Part shown: piece by piece, positions 48,401 through 61,900 of the stretch
How the letters are laid out: every line of letters starts with the position of its first letter
Position numbering within the stretch: position 1 is the stretch's first letter
Assembly (NCBI GenBank): GCA_000934665.2
Contig: KZ538103.1
Span: 1 to 64,000 of the forward strand
DNA from: Catajapyx aquilonaris
Lineage: Eukaryota
Length of the DNA: 64,000 nt
Direction: 5' to 3'
The notes under the pieces: model-generated
Databases searched by the model: none
The model's input: the letters and a program-made list of their open reading frames with translations, nothing else
Told to the model about the DNA's origin: nothing
Made by a program: the position numbers and the translations under genes

Positions 48401-51400
48401 CCAACCCCCCGCGATACACTGGCTGAGCTGAAATTAACTACGTGGGATAAAGAGGTCAGGAAAAAAAAATAGTTGTGGGAGGTGGAGGGGGGGGAGGCAA
48501 TCGCACTAAATCCATTACAGGCGGTGCCTTCTCATTACAGATTAGCGGAACTGTTCCGTCAGTTGCAGGAAAACTAGGGCCGGCTGATTACAGAGCTGCA
48601 GCACTTATTTCGGGACAGCACTAACAAAGACACACACTAGCAAAAAATTAAGCAAATGGGACTCCTCCCATCCCTGTAATTAAGCCTGATCACTCCTGAC
48701 CTTATTCCTTGCAGGGTTTTGCCAAAAAAGGTAGCTCTCACAGCATGGCAGCAATTGGCATGGAAAAGGCCTCGAGGCGGGGGCCTGCTCTATTCTTTCC
48801 TAGTCAATTCCGTCCGGTCTTTCGCCAAAGTCGTAATGAGAGGGGAGAGGCGTAGGTCTGGAGGGAGATGGGAGAAGGGGGGAGGGTAACGTTTTCACAG
48901 GCCATTTGATCACATGCAAGGCTTGGAGTGAGGATTGGATCGAGGTGTTTTTTTTGTCCGATCCGGATTGAAAGCTCAGTCTTGGAACAAAGAGTAGTGA
49001 CAGCCAAGATAGGTCGCTTTGGTCCGTATATACGGTAGCAACTTGGTAGCAACTTGTCACCATGAAAGCTGCAGAATCTTCTGTTGACATTAATTTTATC
49101 CAGCAAATTCTTAAAGCTTGATTGTGGAAAAATAGCTGTCGTCACTCTATAGCTGAGTTGCCGATCTTGCTCCCGAGTGTTCCCGATCTTAAAGAAGCGT
49201 CCCATTTCCTCCTGCATTGACTTCCCATTTCCCTGCCTAATCTGCGAAGGTCCAACAAGGATGGCCTCCCGATATAAAACCCGGGCGCCTTCTGCTGACA
49301 AAAACGTGGCTCGAAAACCAAACGTCGTCTTCTCTTTTCCTCTCCTTTTTTTCTCCTTCCTTCTTCAGGTCGAAATAGAGAGAGGAGCGAGACTGGACCG
49401 CCATATCGGTTGCAATTTTGATGACGGAGGCAGCACAGACGGAACGGAAAATTAAGGATAATGGCAGCATTATCCGTACACGCGCTTGGAATTTCTTTTG
49501 AACCATTACACGCTATGGGAGCCAACCAATTCGCAAAAAAAAAAAATCCGTATGTCTGATACCAGGTTTTTTGGACAGGTTCCATAATACAGATCATTTT
49601 CAGGTCCGACAGGTGTCGCCTCCTGAGCTGGCCATCTATTGGAGAACCTGAGCAACTTGGTATAAATGCGACCCTGCTGCTCCTGGTGGCTTTGCTAGCT
49701 GGTGCCTGGTGGTTATATGGAGGTGTAACCACCAGACTCCCAGGCTAATAGAGCCTTATGAATAACGAACCGTAATTTTCTCTTCAAGCTGGCAAACCGA
49801 TGATTAATCGAAGCCATTCCTACCGGTTCCAAACTGGTTCATGCCCAAACCGCGATGCCAACAATCCCCGAGACACATTGTTGCACTCCCAAACTCCCCA
49901 GCCTTGTACGGACACTTCCAAATATCCAATTAATCTGCCAAGTTTTTTTTAAAACTCCCCTCACCTCCCCTTCTCTTCTCCCGTGCGGTTTCCAAGGGGG
50001 ATAATTTATGTATCATTAATATTTTATAAGTATGCCGGTCGATAAATCAGCGCGTATAAAAAGAAGCATTGCGCAAACACCTACAGCAATTGAAATTAAT
50101 AGAGTCATAAATAGATTTTCGCCCTCTTTCATTGCCACAGGGATGTCACGTGACTTTACACGCAGATAATTATTGCACAGTTACGCAAAAGGAACCACAT
50201 ACACATAATATCTACAAATTCATGTATGTACTGAGAGCGAACATGCAGTAACCAAATGTGTAAATTGCATCCATCAAGTATAGTAGGGCCTTAATCAACA
50301 CTGCCACTATCTTAATCCAGGCTTGACGCCTTAATTAGCAATTACCGACACTGCCAGGCCAATGCCAGGATATATTTACACGCGATACATGGCCCGTATC
50401 GGCCAAGATTGTGAGGGATTGCAATGTAATTTTTTTCCCTCTCTCTAGAGTGGTATAATGAAGCGTATCAATCAATGTAAACCCGATTAAACAGGCCGCT
50501 GCATCAAGTGGTTAGTTACCCGCGAAGTTATAATCTGGACATGTCGAAATAAGCGATAGTTTGGGGCCGGGTTGCGATAGCAGAAATGGATTGCCTAGGG
50601 TCGCGGTACGAAAACAAAGATAATTGCTCCAACATCGTGTTAGGTCTCATTAAGGCCCGCTTTTGGCATAATTATTATGTTGCTCGAACAAGCTATAAGC
50701 TCCCAATGCAAAACTAACCAGCACTCAGTTCATTACCAAATGGATCCAGGGTTTTCTCTGATGGAAATGCGATTCGTTATTTTTTGATTTCTATTGCGCA
50801 GGACCGTGAGGAAAGGATGCTCCCAAAATTTTTGGAAGAGACCTGCTGAAAATGAGCCCGGTTTTGGATGATTTTTTAAAGGTTAGTGGAAGTAGTCGTC
50901 AAAACCAAATAAAATTATGGTGAGATTTCAATTATTGGAACACACTGTACTTCCATCCTGTCCATGGAGCCATCATTCGCAAGTTTGGAATCCCCATCTC
51001 CTTTCCGAAAATTGGGTAAAGTCCGCTATTTATAAAGTGTAGCTCCTTTTTTGGGTTGGAGAGAGTGGTGCTATAAGGGTGAGTATATGGATCCATCAGC
51101 GGCTCTGGAGCAGAGAGAAGTAGGAAATTGGCTCCAGGTCAGTTGGGCTCGGGATTACCAAACTTGCCCAATTGAACCGGGATCAGCACGTTTCATATTT
51201 TTGATCCCATGGATCAAGGCAGAGGGAGGCGTTGGAGGGAGGGTAGAAGCCCTGACACGTGGATACGACGCCCATTCAAGCCTTTTTTCCCTCGGCCCCT
51301 CTCTGCCACGTACCAAGATTCCTTTTTCCCATTACTGGGAATAGCTGTTCCATCACTCCTTTGCTGCCTGAACTCTCGACTACTGGTGTTGTGTTTCGCT

Positions 51401-54400
51401 TTCACCATCCATCACAACTTCGAAAAACTGAAGATCTGGAGGAGGGGTGGAAATCACAGGGAATGGCGATTAATCACTGGAGATGTATACGAGAAAGGCT
51501 GGGAACATGCACCAAAGTCAACACATTCTTTGTCTATACTGCTATATGATGCCACATATGGCAACATGGATTGCAGAGGAATCTTGCACAGACTGATAAC
51601 TACAAAATATATACGACATGAAGTATCTCCCGGCATCATCTCAGCCCATGCTTACGAAATGGATTCGGAATAAGGGAGACAGAAAAAAGTAGAAGCATGT
51701 GCTGCACTTGGGGAGGGGGTGTATAGAGGCCTGGAGGGGGGGGGGCGGTGGGTGGGTGGTTGGGGGGAGGTGAAGCTTATAAATAAATATGGAATCTGCC
51801 CGATTACTGGAGAACCCCATCGGGTACATTCCAGCTCATGAATCTAAATTTACATCTTATACCATGTCGATCAGTGCATTATGCAAGATGGAAAAGGGAA
51901 CGCCAGCCACGCCGGATCGGATATTGGGTGGGAGGCACGGGGATGTGGGGTGGGGAGGGGTGTAACTCGTTACATTTCCTCGCTTATCTCAAAATTCGAC
52001 TCCGGTTGGTCCTGCGTGTCACATCCGCGTATCTCAGCTTACTGTACCTGGTGTTGATTGACGTGGTGTCCAAAAGTCGTCACATTTTTAGGGTATAAAG
52101 TTCCCTTTTTACATACATATACGCAGGTATAGGGTGGTGCAAAATATTCTCACGTTCTCTCGGAATTAGACTTGTTGCGAATTTCTAAGACAAAATTACC
52201 CTAGTTGATATTGGCGATTTGGGCTTCATTATGGAGATAATCTCTTCAATCGCAATCACGCTGGTGGTAGGACCTATCCAGCTCGACAGGCGACCCATGG
52301 TGCAGAGGTTGGCCAAAAATGCGTTTCCACCGTTTTGCATATCTGACTCATAAATTCCCGTAGAAACTCAGAACCACGTGCCCGAAGTGAATGCAAAAGA
52401 TTCGCAGTAGACAACATCCCCTCCACACAGAAAAACGCCGCATAACGAATCACTCTTGGGAACAGCAATTAACCTAATAGCCGGTAATTTAGGGAGGGTT
52501 GAAATTGCAACAGAGTCGTTTTCATTGAGCAAATTGCGTATTACTCATTTAGCACGCATTCCAAACGGTTGGAAATAATGCAAACGCGCTCCCGCCCATT
52601 ATACAGCCTGTTGTAATTATCAACAGGCCTTATGGGCTCCAGCTGCCTTCCAAACCACCCTGGAAACGGTCCATGTCAATCGGTGCACTCTTGGAAAAAA
52701 ATGGCGGCCAGGGGGGGATCGATGGAGTGGGCACTTGATGAATTATTGCCTTCCATTCATTACAATATTGCCCTGGGTCCATGAATCTTTCATCGCATAA
52801 TTTTCCAGGAGGTGAGGTTTGGGGAGGGGGTGTAGAGTTTGAAACGGAGGAAAGCAAGACAAACTTGTTGGCTTCTTGTATACTCTGGAGAATCCAGGAC
52901 TTCAAGTAGAGGATGCTGTTTGCCCTCGCACTCCAGGAGACCACCTCAACTCACGCTCCCCACTCATTCAAAATTGTTTCCACCCGCCCCCCAACCCCAC
53001 CCACTCCAAACCGCACTATAGGAGCAAACACTCTCCAAGTTCAGGTGCGCTGACTTAAGTTAATCGAAATGAGTTGACTTCAAGCACATTGCAATGAAAT
53101 GCCAGATATACTGAATAGATGGGACAAAAGTATCGTTTGGTCCTAACCTCTTACGAAATGAAGCGGAAACAACATCAGAAAAAAGAGAGAGAGAAACCAG
53201 GCCAATGCGATATACATGAGAAGGCCCCAACAGTATAATAAGATGAAGGCCAAAAACCATGGATAGCTTGTCCCCGAGAGAGATACGTTGGAGATATTTG
53301 AAATCGATGGGGCGATTTGGCCCTGGGGCGGCCACACCCCAGCCGGATTTAAGCACCAGATGCACACTCACTACAGGGGAACAAACAGCACAAACAGCAG
53401 CGACAGGGGGAATCAAAAGAATAAAAAAAGAAGAGGAGGAGAGAGAGAGAGAGAGAGAAAATATGAAGCCCCGGCGCGGCGCACCGTAAAGTGAACGAGC
53501 TCAATCCCGCTTCTCCAACCTTAATCCTTCTCACACGTTTCTACCGCTCACACTTTTACAGGAGGACAAAAATATAAAAAAGCTGCCGGCATCACCGCGA
53601 TGGAGATGTATACATCAGTATGTGTGTCTTTTCAATGCTCTTTTTTTCTGAAGAGCAGTACAGCAGCACACGGTCATTATTTTCAATCCGGCTAGTTTTT
53701 CAGTCGGCTGAATCATGATGCGGTGTCCAGCCATAATGCTGTTGATGTTTGTGAGATGTATGCAACATGTGTGGACAGAATGACTGAAATTGTGGGATGT
53801 ACTTGCATGAGGAGATGTACCCCCATGAATTGCCCTGTAGCAGTGTATCGGATATATGAGCGCAATCTATGGAAACACTCCAGTTGTTGCCCCAAGGCGA
53901 CCGCGTTTAATCCTGGCGATACAGGGTGTTACGCTCAATGTGATTGTCACACCTCGAGCCCATAACAATGCCGAAAGCAGTAAAGTGTATACCTCCTCTC
54001 CTTGAAACAACCCCCCAGCAAAGTAGAGGGGGCGAGTGCGGAGACATAACAAGTAGCAGTTAAAGGAGCGGTGTGGCCATCTCTAGCTGGTGAGAGGCTG
54101 CCTGGGAGTACATAAAACAGATAGTTAGGCGGGCTAGATGCGGTCATTATCAAGAGACTGGAGGTGGAAAGAGAGAGAGAGAGATGCAATCAGGCCTCCC
54201 TCTACACCAACCCTTGCTCATTTCCACCCAGCAAACCCTAGTTTATAATGTTTTTGCGGCAGGTAAATACGGACCATTAACCATCTCCTTGCAACACAGA
54301 TGTTGCCAGGCGATAGGTCACCCGGTTATGCGACCCGGATAAGGTGAGGAGAGAGAGAGGGTTCTTATTACCACATTCCAGGGTTTGCTACACTTCAAAT

Positions 54401-56086
54401 CAGCACTGTACAGCATCAGGCTGGTGCCTATATTTTGAGAAAATTGGCGGCTTGTGCCAGGAATTGCCTGTTTAACGCACTGCCTCCGGTTTATAACCGC
54501 CTCGGCTCGAAGAGAGCTGTTAGTGATAAGCGGTTATTATAAAAGAGCAGCTAGTTGATCAAATAGCTGTTGGTCTCACAGAAGTTAGCAAACTCGCATT
54601 ATAAAACAGCTATGGAGAAAATACTGATGCTAATGATAATTCACACACTAAACCACTGGTTAAGTGTCACATAACAAGACCGCTCATTAGGATAAGTTGA
54701 CACCGTCTTCTCTGGTTAAATCCGATTTAGAACACATTCTGTAATAATTCAGCACCTAGTTAGACCGGGAGAGTGCGGCTCACGCATTATTAACCCCTTA
54801 CAATTCTGGCTAAAAGTCCAGCACGTCCTGTAACATGACCTCGGATGTCCCGGATTTCTTGAATTCGGTCATGTGACCTCTTCCTCCCAAATGCCTGGCA
54901 GCCCACTAGTCGACCCCCTTTTTTTGATTAATGAACCTGCCTTTTGAACATCTCCAGCCCACCGCTGCAGAAGCCATGAATGTTTCATACGCCCCCCGGA
55001 CCTGTCAAATTGAAACCTCTGGACTCTTCCTGAATGTTTCATCCCTTAGTCCTGAACTATATAGGAACGCAAAAAAAAGAAGTAGTAGGATTCCGGTTGG
55101 CTGCAATCACAGCTATCCGGAGCAAGTCGGACCCATCCCCTTTTCTGTTTCCCCCTGATGATACATATCTCCCCCCAAAAAAGGTGGGCCTCTCCCCTTG
55201 CTCCGTTATTGAATAACTCGATTCGTTCCCAATGGCATCGGCCAGCCTTACAAAGGAACCGTTTGGGGAGCTTCAGGGTCTGTGAATGTGCCCCCCTCCC
55301 TTCCACCCTGGTTGTGTATTCATACTCGGCGGGGCACATCTCAGGCTGAGGGAAAATCCCCTTTAGAAAAGACCTTACTTGATCTACATGGAAGGGACAG
55401 TAAGTGGCAGCTCGTAGGAATGGACCTCTTGATGGCAATCTACACAATTTTTTTTGATTTGGTTGGACCGAGAGAGAGGGCGATGGAAAGTGCTGAACTT
55501 GTGCTTTGCTGGGGGGGAGGAAAACCTCCAGGGAATTTTCCTTTTCAGGTTCGGAGACCTTGTTAGCAGCTGGGGCATATTTGTCTGCTTTCAGCGAGTT
55601 AAAGTAGATTCGTCAAGGGTTTCTGGCACCGATTATCAGGAAGGATACGCTGCATGTGGGAGGGTTGGATGGAGATGTGTGCGGGATAACTGGTTGCAGA
55701 AGGTAGCAGCGATAACGTTATACTATTCTTTCCGAGAACTGGTCAGTTTGGAAGCCTGGAGTCTGCTGAATTCCTGGAATATCCACGAGAGAAAAGTGCA
55801 GTTCAATCCGATATAAAAATTTAGACCTGTATAATAACCGCCTATAACTGGAATCTGAATTTGCTGGGAAATAATTTTCAACGATTATTCGAAGTGAATA
55901 GAACCCATTAAGTGTTGCGATTTCCGGTCTGGACAACGAAATGTGACTCTATAGATAGATTATTGACATGATTGCAACAATTCATCTGAAAGGTATGATA
56001 TTTATTAATCGCAGTAATTCACCTTCACCATTAGTCATCCAGGGAGTATGGTCCAGGTGCTGGGTACCATTGTGGAGGTCTTTCAG

Positions 56087-56373
56087 CAGTGGCGGATCCA
56101 GGAATTTTTTCTGGGGGGGGGGGCACAATGGTATGGGTGGGGGGGGGCGTTGAGGGCCCGCCGCAGGCAAAAATTGTTTCGCTTCAAGGTCACAACCCTT
56201 TTACTCTCGAGCCCAAATTTGGGGCAAAACGGAAAATAATTACCCATAGAACAGTGCAATTTTGCACTGTTCTAGAGGGTTTTTGCGCGTTTCCCCCCCC
56301 CCCCCCTTNNNNNNNNNNNNNNNNNNNNNNNNNNNNNNNNNNNGTGCCCCCCCCCCCCCTAAATCCGCCACTG
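56087..56373. mobile_element. hAT-type MITE with 8-bp TSD (spans an assembly gap)
   Basis: TIRs CAGTGGCGGAT... and ...ATCCGCCACTG; perfect TSD TCTTTCAG at 56079-56086 and 56374-56381; subterminal G/C homopolymers. Confidence 0.9.
56309..56343. other. Assembly gap (35 N)
   Basis: Run of N between poly-C tracts. Confidence 1.
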
Positions 56374-58950
56374 TCTTTCAGTACAATTCATCCTAGTTTA
56401 CGCTCAATTCCTATAGGCCTATGATCTGATGAAGCCATTGTATGCAAAAAGTGGAGTTGAAACGATCCAATATGGACACCGCAATTGTATTATTGCAAAA
56501 GATACATTGAGATGCCCTTCTAGCGTCTGGTCGAGCTGCACCTGAAATACAAACTGACAACCGAATAATATCCTTACTAAATTAACGCGTTTCATAATAT
56601 TTCAGCTTGGCATTCAGCTGATTGAGGCGAACCATAGGCCCTAATCCTGAAATGCCACGCGAATGTGGATTAGTCTCAATCGAAATTTGACCCGTGATTT
56701 CCAGACCAACTGTAGGCTTCTGCCAAGGAGTGACAACTCCTCGCTGATTTGGTTAGTGTGACCAGCTGCAGTTATTCCAAGTATGAGGGCCTTCAACTAC
56801 ATCCACAAACAATGGGCCAGCTTGTTCAACGCGACATTCCTTCCTTCCCAGCACGTGAAAGAGGCTCCACTCACACTACCCCTTCCTGGAAAAGGCCTCT
56901 GATCTGATCAGAGGGGACCAAAACCGCTCCTCCGACCTTTGACCCCCGAGTCCTTCCGAGATGAGAGTGCGAGATATTATCAGTCACCGCTACAGAAGCC
57001 GTCTATATATACTGTAGGCTACGTCTGAACCCTGATTTGAAGCTACATGCAGCCTGTCAACACTGAGCCCTTCCAAAATGGCATTGTCATCGACGGCATA
57101 GTGACCTCCACGCAACGCTTTCCACCGTCACCTCTATACGTACTCCAAGACACATATTATTGCGTCCAAAGCCTCTCGAAATTATATTTGACCATGGGTA
57201 CCGGTAACCTGAATAGGTAAAGGTGTAATTAGTATTGATACACATACACAGCATGTGTGAAGACAGTCGTTTTGAGCTTAAAAAATGCTAACAACCTTGC
57301 GTCGCGTCGCTCCCAAACCAAACCCCTCACAAGACGAGTGTGTGTGACCCTAGATGTGTCGCATGTTTGACCTTGACCAGGTCCGAGTAGAGCCTTTCGC
57401 TGCATGTTGTCACATCCATCAGCGGAAGCTGACAGCAAATGGGGGTCCAGTGAGACCCTGGACAGCTCCTGTGATGGCAGCAACCTGTAAGAAGAGTTCA
57501 TATAAGTACAATGTGAACAATATTGTCACCAATAACCAAGAACACTCACAGCTGACTTGGCCTTCTAATATAAAATTGTGTCGACCACTTTTTGTATAGT
57601 AATATGAGCAAGGAATATGATCTTATAATCGAAAGCGATGGCGCAAATGGTTTTAACCAAATAATCTGCTTAACGGCTTAAATTACGGCGTAAGAAGGTG
57701 ATTATCTGCATGACGCAGGATATAATTTCCGAGCTGTTCTTCTCAGTTTTCTTCAAATAAGTGCTTGAAGTGGATAATCTCCACACCTCTTTAATTCGGG
57801 GCGTTCACACCTAACTTTAGAGTCTTACACACAAAATGGTGTTTGGAAGATTTACATAATTTTCGTCCAGGATAGTCAGGTGGACCCTGACACCCTGTAT
57901 GCCAACAACGTTGATTGGCCAATCAGGATCCATCCCCACTTATATAACATGGATCCGGAATGAACCGTGCACGTAGCCTGTGTGCACACATGGCTGGCTA
58001 ATCCGGCGCAGTCACGACCAGGGCCAGGCTTACAGCTGGTTCCGGGGTGTAGGAGAATCGTAAATCCGAGGGTTAATCAGGACCCGAGCGATTGCATCAC
58101 TCAATTTGCGAATCCGGTATACCAGGGGTATATGTGGTCAGACCGGGGGTAGTTGTCAGTCTATAGGTGATGGCCCGCGATATGTTAATCTGGTTAACGC
58201 GAGAGGCCCAACCATCAGTTCGGATGCAATCTCGGGGAATATATACCCGGTCGCAAGGAATCCGGGATTTCAGGATGTTACAGTCATAATGGGTGTTAAA
58301 CAAGGGCATTGAAATGCGGAAGATCAAGTTGGGAGGTCGGACAATAATGCGGAATTTATGACATACGTACGCGGTCTTGTAAACGTCATACCATTGCAGA
58401 ATCTTCTGTAGAATCCTGAACAGAATTTCAAACGTGAAATTCTACACTTAGATTTCTCCAGTGTTGCCCTTCCCATGCGACGTTCCTGGCTTCAGTTGTA
58501 ATGAATAGGTACCTGGAACTTGCAGCCCTTAGGCCGTGCCTCGGGGGTCAGAGGTCACGTCTGGAGGTTGACGGCTTTCATTAGTGAGTCCTCCCGTTGC
58601 TTTTACTGCCTTCTTGCACTCTAGCTGCCTTCTGCTTCATCCAGCCGCCCCCGTTCTGGTTATGTGCATGTTGGTAGTAGCTCGACTTTGGGAAGCGGGA
58701 TTTAACTGGTGGCTTTATGTACAGGCGTGACGGTTTGAAAGTTTTCCGGGGCCAAGAGCAGACCCAGATTATTATCGGGGAGATTAGGCAGGCAGGCAGG
58801 CTTGCAAGGAGGAGCACGACGCGACGGTTTTCTCGCGTCAGATTAGCGTCGTCGCAAGGGCCCTCTTCTTCCTGCCCATGCCATCATCTAACTGGATGTT
58901 TGTCTCTCTCTACTAACCCTCCCTTCATCTCTCAACGCGTTCAATTGTAG

Positions 58951-58983
58951 CCCTGGAAAACAACTGCTGGAGCCCCCCTTCAG
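58951..58983 (+). other. Candidate 33-nt microexon of an unidentified plus-strand gene
   Basis: Perfect branch point TACTAAC at 58911-58917; AG-free pyrimidine-rich tract up to TTGTAG; donor CAG|GTAAGA; length is a multiple of 3 with no stop in any frame. Confidence 0.5.
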
Positions 58984-61900
58984 GTAAGACTCTTCTCAAG
59001 ACTGCTTGGAAGCTGCAAAGTTGTCATCTCTGCACTGGCGAATAAAATCAGCTAAAAATAACTCCCCAAAAGTATTACTGCTGAAACATGCCAAAAAGTG
59101 TCTAACCATTAAACAGAACTGGATTCAAACATGCTGAAACATGAGCAGGGTTTGAGATATCTGTCGTGCAATTAAATTCGGATTTACCTCCAACTGCCAA
59201 CAACTCACGTCTGACCTACATATACACGGAGTTGAAACTTTGTGTAACCCCATCCATCCATCCCCAGCAGGCCTGTCCTGGAAATCAAGCGCGTTCACTT
59301 TGTCTGCTCCTATAGTTGTTGTTGTTGTTGCTGCCAGAAGTACAGCAACTGGAAACCGGAGCAAGGATGTTATTGCACATGACGACTCAGGCAAGGTGCA
59401 CACACCGCCTTGCACACGCTAATTACCACCACCCAGAGTCTATAGCCCGGAAGGCAAATTGGCTGACTTATTAACAAGGCCAGGGAGAGATATTTGCCTA
59501 GACCTTCCCCAACAAAAGCCCTTTTCCCTCAGCAAGAATAAACACCTTTAACGGTTGAAGGAAGGTCGCGGGAGCCTGCTTGGAATTTCATAAGGCCAAC
59601 CTGCGCGGCGTTTTCTTCTCGGGCCTCCATCTTTTGGTGGGGGCAACACTGCTTCACTGGCGCATAATGAGGTGTCTTGTTGACACTCGGCTGCGCAAGA
59701 TACACCGCGGCAACAACTTATATAATGTAGAAGAGAGGGGGGGAGAAGCAGAGAGAGGGGTAATGTATGTTGCCCATTTACTCGCACATCTAATCAAGCC
59801 TACAAATTGCGGCCCACGCCGGGTTTAATTGCAGCCACGCCCCTCTTACCCTTTTTGGACCAACCAGCAGACGATTGCCATCAAGCGTGCCTTCCTATCT
59901 TCAGACAAAATAAATCAGCAACAGCGCGCATCATATATGGGGTTGGACCCGCTTATAAATTTCGGAGAGCTCACGAAAAACCGGGCTTGCCAAATGTACC
60001 ATCCTCTGCAAAAACCAAAGGAAGTAATTCCAAGACTACCAAGATGGCGCAGGTAGTGTTGGAATTGCCATTATTTAATTTTTGGAGCATTTTATTTGGA
60101 GTGGAGACTTGGGCAGTGCGCCACCTTGTAGCCCGATTTTTTTTTTCTTGGGGAGAAGTAGGGTCCGGATATCCGGAGCTGGGGTGGAATGAGGGCCATT
60201 TATTGCCTGGATGGTTCGCGGATCGGAATTGAAGTCGGTGCCTGACTCTGGCTGACCGGAATGGGAATCTTTTAAGCGCCTGACACCTAATGTCTCCTCT
60301 GCCTTGATTCACTGGGCCTTTGCTTTCCCCTCCAGGCCAGCATGCGGATACCTCTTTACGTAATTGAAACTCCGACTCACCCTATACCCACCACCAATCC
60401 TGCCTTTTCGCCCAAGGAAAAAGAAAGCACTATGTAAGGTTCCGCAGCTCTGAAACTTTTTTTTTCTTCTTCTTCTTCTTATTTTTTTTCCCCCTGGCAG
60501 CAAGAAAACGACCAATCTCGGCTCCGGTTTCGGGTTATGAAAAATTCGCCACATGTCCCGGGGTGTTGGATAAGTCATCCCTTTTCGTGTGTGGCTATCG
60601 ATCAGCAATATCGCTTTGTACGCCACATGGAAGGAAGTCACAAAGTTCGTCAAGCTGATTTACAGCTCTTTTAAACCCTCCCCCAGCAAGTGGGTTTCAT
60701 AACGGACTAGTGGAAAAGTTTTCCACTTGTCCGAATATAGTTATGAAACCCGCTGTATTTTTATCCAGATTGTGTCCCATATTCCACATGCATCGAGTGT
60801 GTATATTGGGGGCCTGGATGTCACCCATCCCAATCCCATTAACATCGGGCGACTAAAGAGGACCATGCGCATAAATCCGGATTAGAACCTGAGCTTGGGT
60901 TCTGGGCAGTTTGGCCCTACCATAGGATGATGATGATGATGATTATGATGATGAGTCCAGCAGCACTTAAGCCCGGTTGCAGGAGACTCCCTCTAACCAT
61001 CCACATAATAAAGAGAGAGGGACAGATGTGGGCTACAAATCGAGCCTCGTTGATGTTGACCGCACTGCTGCTGCGATGGACCCGACATTTTTTTGGGGAG
61101 CCGTGTACGGCCCTGTCCAATACCGGACCGCAGTTTGTATGAGACGTGACTCGCACTCAATACACGGTTCTGCAGCTGGGTCTTTAAAGAAAGGTGCGAT
61201 TTCCAGCGCTGACATTTCCACCGAGTTAACTGTAGTTTAAGCGACGTATCAACAAACTTAAATTAATATTGTCTCACAAATCCTGAGTGAGAGTAATGAA
61301 ATGAGACGTGATTTCAACACCGAGGTAGCAGAAAAAAAGTGACGTAAGTTAGTCTCGACGCTCATCATCCAGCGCAATAATAGGTCCATCATGTGTACGT
61401 GCATTTGCCGCTTTATAAAACAGCATTTTTGGCCCCGGCCATTACTGCGCCGAGGTTGTAACGCCTGTAAATTCAGTCGGATTATACACCCCCCCTCCCC
61501 AGTTTTTAGGGAAAGGCCATTCCCCGGTAATTAAGTTATATGCGAACTGGGCGACGCTTTATTTTTCACGGCCGGTTGAGAGAGAGTATGGAAATTTATG
61601 TCGTCTCCTGCCCGTGTTGTTGCATGTAGAGTCTCTCTCTCTCTTTTTTATTTTATTTTATAGATGTGCAATTCCAGGGAGCCCGCAAGATTTTTGCACA
61701 ACTTTGCTCATTTCGTGGCTGGGGACAAAATTGTTACAGATGCCTGGCGGTTAATTTCGTTGTTTTTTTTCGGGGGCCGGGTGTAAAAAATATATATAAA
61801 GTTGGCTAAGAGTTGGGAGGGGAATGGTGATGAAGCGAATTATTCTGGATGCAGTTGTGCCCGGATTAGTCGGCTCGGAGCGAATTTTTGCTTCCAACTT

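Noticed and set aside
53723..53965. Cys-rich 80-aa ORF as a possible second insulin or toxin
   Set aside because: No signal peptide, and the Cys spacing fits neither insulin nor ICK.
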